Assembly (NCBI GenBank): GCA_019233055.1
Contig: JAFAMV010000162.1
Coordinates: forward strand, 3,306-67,305
Length of the DNA: 64,000 nucleotides
From: Curvibacter sp.
GTDB lineage: Bacteria; Pseudomonadota; Gammaproteobacteria; Burkholderiales; Burkholderiaceae_C
Reading direction: 5' to 3'
Both the position numbers and the translations under genes were made by a program. Each line of letters starts with the position of its first letter. Position 1 is the stretch's first letter. The notes under the pieces are model-generated. The model was not told where the DNA came from and searched no databases. It worked only from the letters and a program-made list of their open reading frames with translations. Shown one piece after another: positions 60,314 through 64,000 of this stretch.

Positions 60314-61288
60314 TCAGTTGTCGGCCGTGATGTGCGCGCTGTCGATGACCTGCGCGTAGCGGGTGGTTTCTGACTTGATGAAGGCGGCGAACTGCTCGGG
60401 CGTGCCGCCCTGCGCGCTGATGCCGCCCTTGGCGAAGGCCTCGCGCACCGACGGCGCCTCGAGGGCCCGGCGCAGCTCGGCATTGAGCTTCTGCACCAGG
60501 GCGTCGGGCGTGGCGGCCGGCACCAGCAGCCCGTTCCAGGAGTTCGATTCGACGGCCACACCCTGCTCGGCCAGCGTGGGGATCTGCGGCGCATAGACCG
60601 AGCGCTTCTGGGTCGCCATGCCCAGGGCCACCAGCTTGCCGGCCTGCACCTGAGCGCGGAACTCGGGCCAGTTGCCGAACATCAGGGTCACCTGGCCCCC
60701 GAGCAGGTCGTTGAGCGCCGGCGCCTGGCCCTTGTAGGGGATGTGCGTCAGCGGGATGCCCATCTTCTCGCGCAGCATCTCGCCGGCCAGGTGGGCCGAG
60801 GTGCCGCTGCCGAAGGAGGCGAAGCTGAGCTGGGCTCCCGGCTGGCGGGCGGCCGCGCGCAGATCGGCCAGGCTCTTCAGACCGCTGCCGGGGTGGGTGG
60901 CCAGCACATGCTCAGACAGGCCCATCAGGCCCACCGGTCGCAGATCGCGCGCGCCGTCGTAGGGCAGATGCTTGAGCAGGGTCTGGTTGACGCAGAAGCT
61001 GTTGGCCACGCAGACCAGGGTGTAGCCATCAGGGGCCGCCTTGGCCCCCGCATCCACCCCGATCACGGTGCCGGCGCCGGGGCGGTTGTCGATCACCACC
61101 GGCTGGCCCAGGCCCCGGGCCATCTCGGCCGACACCAGGCGCGAGACCACGTCGGTGGTGCCACCGGGCGGGAAGGGCACGATCAGCCGCAGCGGGTGGG
61201 CGGGCCAGCCCGGGGTCTGGGCCCGGGCCAGGCCGGGCAGCAGGGCGCCCAGGGTGCCCAGGGTGCCCAGCAGTTGGCGGCGTTGCAT
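60314..61288 (-). CDS. Bug/TctC-family periplasmic substrate-binding protein (tripartite tricarboxylate transporter)
   Basis: Tat-like MQRRQLLGTLGTLGALLPGLARAQ, then PLRLIVPFPPGGTTDVVSRL and HIPYKG..PALNDLLGGQV. Start at the internal ATG at 61288. Confidence 0.9.
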   Translation of the reverse strand: MQRRQLLGTLGTLGALLPGLARAQTPGWPAHPLRLIVPFPPGGTTDVVSRLVSAEMARGLGQPVVIDNRPGAGTVIGVDAGAKAAPDGYTLVCVANSFCVNQTLLKHLPYDGARDLRPVGLMGLSEHVLATHPGSGLKSLADLRAAARQPGAQLSFASFGSGTSAHLAGEMLREKMGIPLTHIPYKGQAPALNDLLGGQVTLMFGNWPEFRAQVQAGKLVALGMATQKRSVYAPQIPTLAEQGVAVESNSWNGLLVPAATPDALVQKLNAELRRALEAPSVREAFAKGGISAQGGTPEQFAAFIKSETTRYAQVIDSAHITADN

Positions 61289-61289
61289 C

Positions 61290-62762
61290 TCAAACACCCC
61301 AATGCGGGATGTGGTGGCTGCCCAGCGACACCGCCACGTTCTTGGGTTCGCAGAACACCTCGTAGCTCCAGGTGCCGCCCTCGCGGCCGGTGCCGCTGGC
61401 CTTGGTGCCGCCGAAGGGCTGGCGCAGGTCGCGCACGTTCTGGCTGTTGACGAAGCACATGCCGGCCTCGACGGCGGCGGCCACCCGGTGGGCGCGGCCG
61501 AGGTTCTCGGTCCAGACATAGCTCGAGAGACCGTACTGGATGTCGTTGGCCAGCGCTATCGCATGGGCCTCGTCGCGGAACGGGATCAGGCAGGCCACGG
61601 GGCCGAAGATCTCGTCCTGGGCGATCTTCATGCGGTTGTCGACATCGGCGAAGACGGTGGGCCAGACATAGTTGCCGCGCTTCACGCGTTCGGGCAGCTC
61701 GGCCGCATAGCTGGGGCGGTCCAGGCCGCCGCACAGCAGGGTGGCGCCCTCCTTGGGGCCCAGCTCGATGTAGCTGCGCACCTTGGCCAGGTGGGCGGGG
61801 CTGATCATGGGGCCGACGATGGTCTTGTCGTCGAGCGGGTCCCCGACGGTGATGCGCTTGGCGCGCTCGGTGAACTTCTGCACGAAGTCGGCGTAGATGC
61901 TCTGCTGCACCAGGATGCGGCTGCCGGCGGTGCAGCGCTCGCCATTGTTGGAGAAGATCATGAACACTGCGGCATCGAGGGCGCGGTCGAGATCGGCATC
62001 CTCGAAGATGACGAAGGGGCTCTTGCCACCGAGCTCCATGCTGAACTTCTTGAGGCCGGCGGCCTGCACGATGCGGTTGCCGGTGGCGGTGGAGCCGGTG
62101 AAGCTGATGGCGCGCACATCGGGGTGGCGGCACAGGGGCTCGCCGCTGTCCTTGCCGTAGCCGTGCACGATGTTGAGCACGCCGGCGGGGATGCCGGCCT
62201 CCAGCGCCAGCTCGCCCAGGCGGGCGGCCGTCAGGGGTGACAGCTCGCTCATCTTGAGCACCGCGGTGTTGCCGAAGGCCAGGCAGGGCGCGACCTTCCA
62301 GGTGGCGGTCATGAAGGGCACGTTCCAGGGGCTGATGAGGGCGCACACGCCCACCGGGTGGAACAGGGTGTAGTTGAGGTGGGTGGGCGTGGGGTAGGTG
62401 TGGCCGTCGACGCGGGTGCACATCTCGGCGAAGTAGTGGAAATTGTCAGCAGCACGCGGGATCAGCTGCTTGCCGGTCTGGGCGATGACCTGACCGCAGT
62501 CCTTGGTCTCGGTCTGGGCAATTTCGGCCACGTGCTGGGCGATGAGTTCACCGAGCTTGCGCATCAGCTTGGCGCGTTCGGTGGCCGGCAGGCCGGCCCA
62601 TTTAGGGAAGGCGGCCTTCGCGGCGGCCACAGCCGCATCGACTTCGGCCTGGCCGCCGGCGGCGACCTCGGCCAGCACCTCCTGGGTGGCGGGGTTGAGG
62701 GTTTCGAAGGTCTCTGCGCCGGCCACCGATCGGCCGTTGATGAGGTGCTGGATCTGCTGCAT
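61290..62762 (-). CDS. hpaE: 5-carboxymethyl-2-hydroxymuconate semialdehyde dehydrogenase
   Basis: Aldehyde dehydrogenase motifs (ELGGKSP, ERCTAGSR). The N-terminus INGRSVAG..FETLNPATQEVLAEVA.GG.AEVD.AV..AK.AFP.WA resembles E. coli HpcC. Confidence 0.88.
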   Translation of the reverse strand: MQQIQHLINGRSVAGAETFETLNPATQEVLAEVAAGGQAEVDAAVAAAKAAFPKWAGLPATERAKLMRKLGELIAQHVAEIAQTETKDCGQVIAQTGKQLIPRAADNFHYFAEMCTRVDGHTYPTPTHLNYTLFHPVGVCALISPWNVPFMTATWKVAPCLAFGNTAVLKMSELSPLTAARLGELALEAGIPAGVLNIVHGYGKDSGEPLCRHPDVRAISFTGSTATGNRIVQAAGLKKFSMELGGKSPFVIFEDADLDRALDAAVFMIFSNNGERCTAGSRILVQQSIYADFVQKFTERAKRITVGDPLDDKTIVGPMISPAHLAKVRSYIELGPKEGATLLCGGLDRPSYAAELPERVKRGNYVWPTVFADVDNRMKIAQDEIFGPVACLIPFRDEAHAIALANDIQYGLSSYVWTENLGRAHRVAAAVEAGMCFVNSQNVRDLRQPFGGTKASGTGREGGTWSYEVFCEPKNVAVSLGSHHIPHWGV

Positions 62763-62766
62763 GGGG

Positions 62767-63540
62767 TCAACCTTGGATGGTGTTGTGAAGCTCGCCGATG
62801 GCTTCGATGGAGGTGATGATCTCGGCGCCCGGCGGGCAATCGACCACGCCGTCGGGCGTGCCGGTGAGGATCAGGTCGCCGGGCGACAGGGTCATGAAGG
62901 CACTGAAATACTCGATCAGGAAGGGCACGTCGAACACCATGTCACGGGTGTTGCCGCGCTGGGTCACGGCGCCGTTCACGGTGGTCTGCAGGGCCAGGGC
63001 CATGGGGCCGCCGGGGCGGGCATGGATGTCGGCCGCATCCACCAGCCAGGGCCCCAGCGGGGTGCAGGTGTCGCGGTTCTTGACGCGCAGATTGGGGCGG
63101 TACCAGTTCTCGAGGTAGTCGCGGATCGCGTAGTCGTTGGCCACGGTGTAGCCCTGCACATGGTCGTAGGCGTCGGCACGCTTCACATGGCGCGCGGTGC
63201 GTCCGATCACCACCGCCAGCTCGCATTCGTAGTGCATGTACTGCACGCCGGCCGGCCGCACGGTGTGCTCGCGGTGCCCGATCAGCGAGCCCTCGCCCTT
63301 GATGAAGGTGAGCGGCTCTTCGGGCGGCTTGAATTCAAGCTCCTTGGCATGGTCGGCATAGTTCAGGCCCAGGGCCAGGATGGTGCGTGCGCGCGGCACC
63401 GGCGCCAGCGGCGGCAGCCAGCGGACGGCGTCGAAATCGATGTGGCGGCCGTCGTCCAGGCGCAGGCGGCCCTGGTCCTCGACCGCATGTTGGGCGCCGA
63501 GCTGGGGCGCGTCCTTGAGCACGATGCGGGCGTGTTTCAT
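62767..63540 (-). CDS. hpaG: fumarylacetoacetate-hydrolase-family protein, HpaG C-terminal-half type (isomerase/decarboxylase)
   Basis: ILALGLNYADHAKE...HYECELAVVIG...GYTVANDYAIRD...TGTP are FAH-fold motifs. Its ATGA overlaps the upstream FAH gene, i.e. a split hpaG1/hpaG2. Confidence 0.85.
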   Translation of the reverse strand: MKHARIVLKDAPQLGAQHAVEDQGRLRLDDGRHIDFDAVRWLPPLAPVPRARTILALGLNYADHAKELEFKPPEEPLTFIKGEGSLIGHREHTVRPAGVQYMHYECELAVVIGRTARHVKRADAYDHVQGYTVANDYAIRDYLENWYRPNLRVKNRDTCTPLGPWLVDAADIHARPGGPMALALQTTVNGAVTQRGNTRDMVFDVPFLIEYFSAFMTLSPGDLILTGTPDGVVDCPPGAEIITSIEAIGELHNTIQG

Positions 63541-64000
63541 GCCTGGTTCTCCCGGATGACGAGGTGGCGCAGCGGCTCGAAGCCGGGCGCACGGAGTTCG
63601 ACCTGATCGCCGGCCACCAGGCGCGGGCGCTGCCCGTCGGCGCCACAGTCGGTGCCCAGCATCAGCACGTCGCCGGGGCGCAGGGTCATGAAGTCGCTGA
63701 CCTCGGCGATCAGCTGGTCCGGGCGGCGCACCAGGGCGTCGAAGCGGGTGGTCTGGCGCAGTTCGCCATTGACGCGCAGCTCGATGCTCAGGCCTTCGAG
63801 CGCCTCGGGCGAGGTGAGGGGCCGCAGCGTCGAGCCCAGGCCGAGAAAGCCATCCAGGCAACGGTACTTGACCGGCGGGCGGAAGTAGCTGGCATGGGGC
63901 AGGCTGAAGTCGTTGAGCAGCACGCAGCCGGCCAGGCCTGCGGCGCCGAAGACCAGGCCCAGCGTGGCGCCGGTCTCGACCGCATCGGCGCCCGCCGGCA
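63537..64000 (-). CDS. hpaG: fumarylacetoacetate-hydrolase-family protein, HpaG N-terminal-half type; 5' end off-window
   Basis: The frame stays open upstream of the listed GTG (…ETGATLGLVFGAAGLAGCVLLNDFSLPH…) to the window edge. RPGDVLMLGT is an FAH-type motif. Confidence 0.8.
   Translation of the reverse strand, partial: PAGADAVETGATLGLVFGAAGLAGCVLLNDFSLPHASYFRPPVKYRCLDGFLGLGSTLRPLTSPEALEGLSIELRVNGELRQTTRFDALVRRPDQLIAEVSDFMTLRPGDVLMLGTDCGADGQRPRLVAGDQVELRAPGFEPLRHLVIRENQA

Noticed and set aside
63537-63923. ORF-track start (GTG translated as M) for the last FAH-family gene.
   Set aside because: The frame remains open and protein-like upstream to the window edge, so the gene is treated as 5'-truncated rather than as a 128-aa protein.

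Overview
Very GC-rich chromosomal segment. Gene content points to a betaproteobacterium of the Burkholderiales type (inference from a Bug/TctC-type binding protein, a porin-glnK-amtB unit, and lptD-surA-rsmA divergent from an AmgK-like kinase). I support about 57 protein-coding genes, two of them truncated by the window edges. I saw no rRNA, tRNA, CRISPR array, transposase or integrase. Most long ORFs in the supplied track are antisense or alternate-frame artefacts of the high GC content, and many real genes start at an internal Met/Val of the listed ORF. I re-derived those starts from the nucleotide sequence.

Layout:
- 1-5994 (-): envelope-stress-like cluster of FAD amine-oxidase-like protein, membrane spermidine-synthase-like protein, DUF350, DUF4178 and a YdjI-like SPFH protein.
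- 6118-7001 (-): orphan 99-aa flagellar-rod-motif protein plus an OmpA-like lipoprotein.
- 7509-13145 (+): maeB, a secreted RNase Sa/barnase-type ribonuclease with barstar, and an MCP.
- 13180-17727 (-): rsmA, surA, lptD.
- 17861-24673 (+): tightly packed operon of AmgK-like kinase, rsmE and a three-gene SMC/kleisin-like/MukE-like module (MksFEB/JetABC-like, no JetD nuclease).
- 24781-26319 (-): yifB/comM.
- 26394-29442 (+): NtrC/sigma-54-type promoter, porin, glnK, amtB.
- 29520-37154 (+): sugar epimerase and lactonase, glcE-yoaK-glcF, ProQ/FinO protein, VOC-EVE-YafY(WYL).
- 37185-38804 (-): Cache-domain MCP.
- 38922-47430 (-): LysR, then D-glutamate-cyclase-like protein, fused 5-oxoprolinase, DUF969, DUF979, DUF2891.
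- 47479-54646: AraC, DMT transporter, a cNMP-binding protein with a FliG-C-like tail, gpx, lplT, alr, gst.
- 54702-55080: nested palindromic repeat element.
- 55131-64000 (-): homoprotocatechuate (hpa) meta-cleavage operon with extra genes.

Best candidates for undescribed biology:
1. The nuclease-less SMC module hard-wired behind rsmE.
2. The SPFH/DUF4178/DUF350/polyamine cluster.
3. The oxoproline/D-glutamate operon with three DUF proteins.
4. The cNMP-FliG_C fusion and the mini rod protein.
5. The structured repeats at 54.7-55.1 kb.

All family assignments come from motif recognition by eye. No database search was run.
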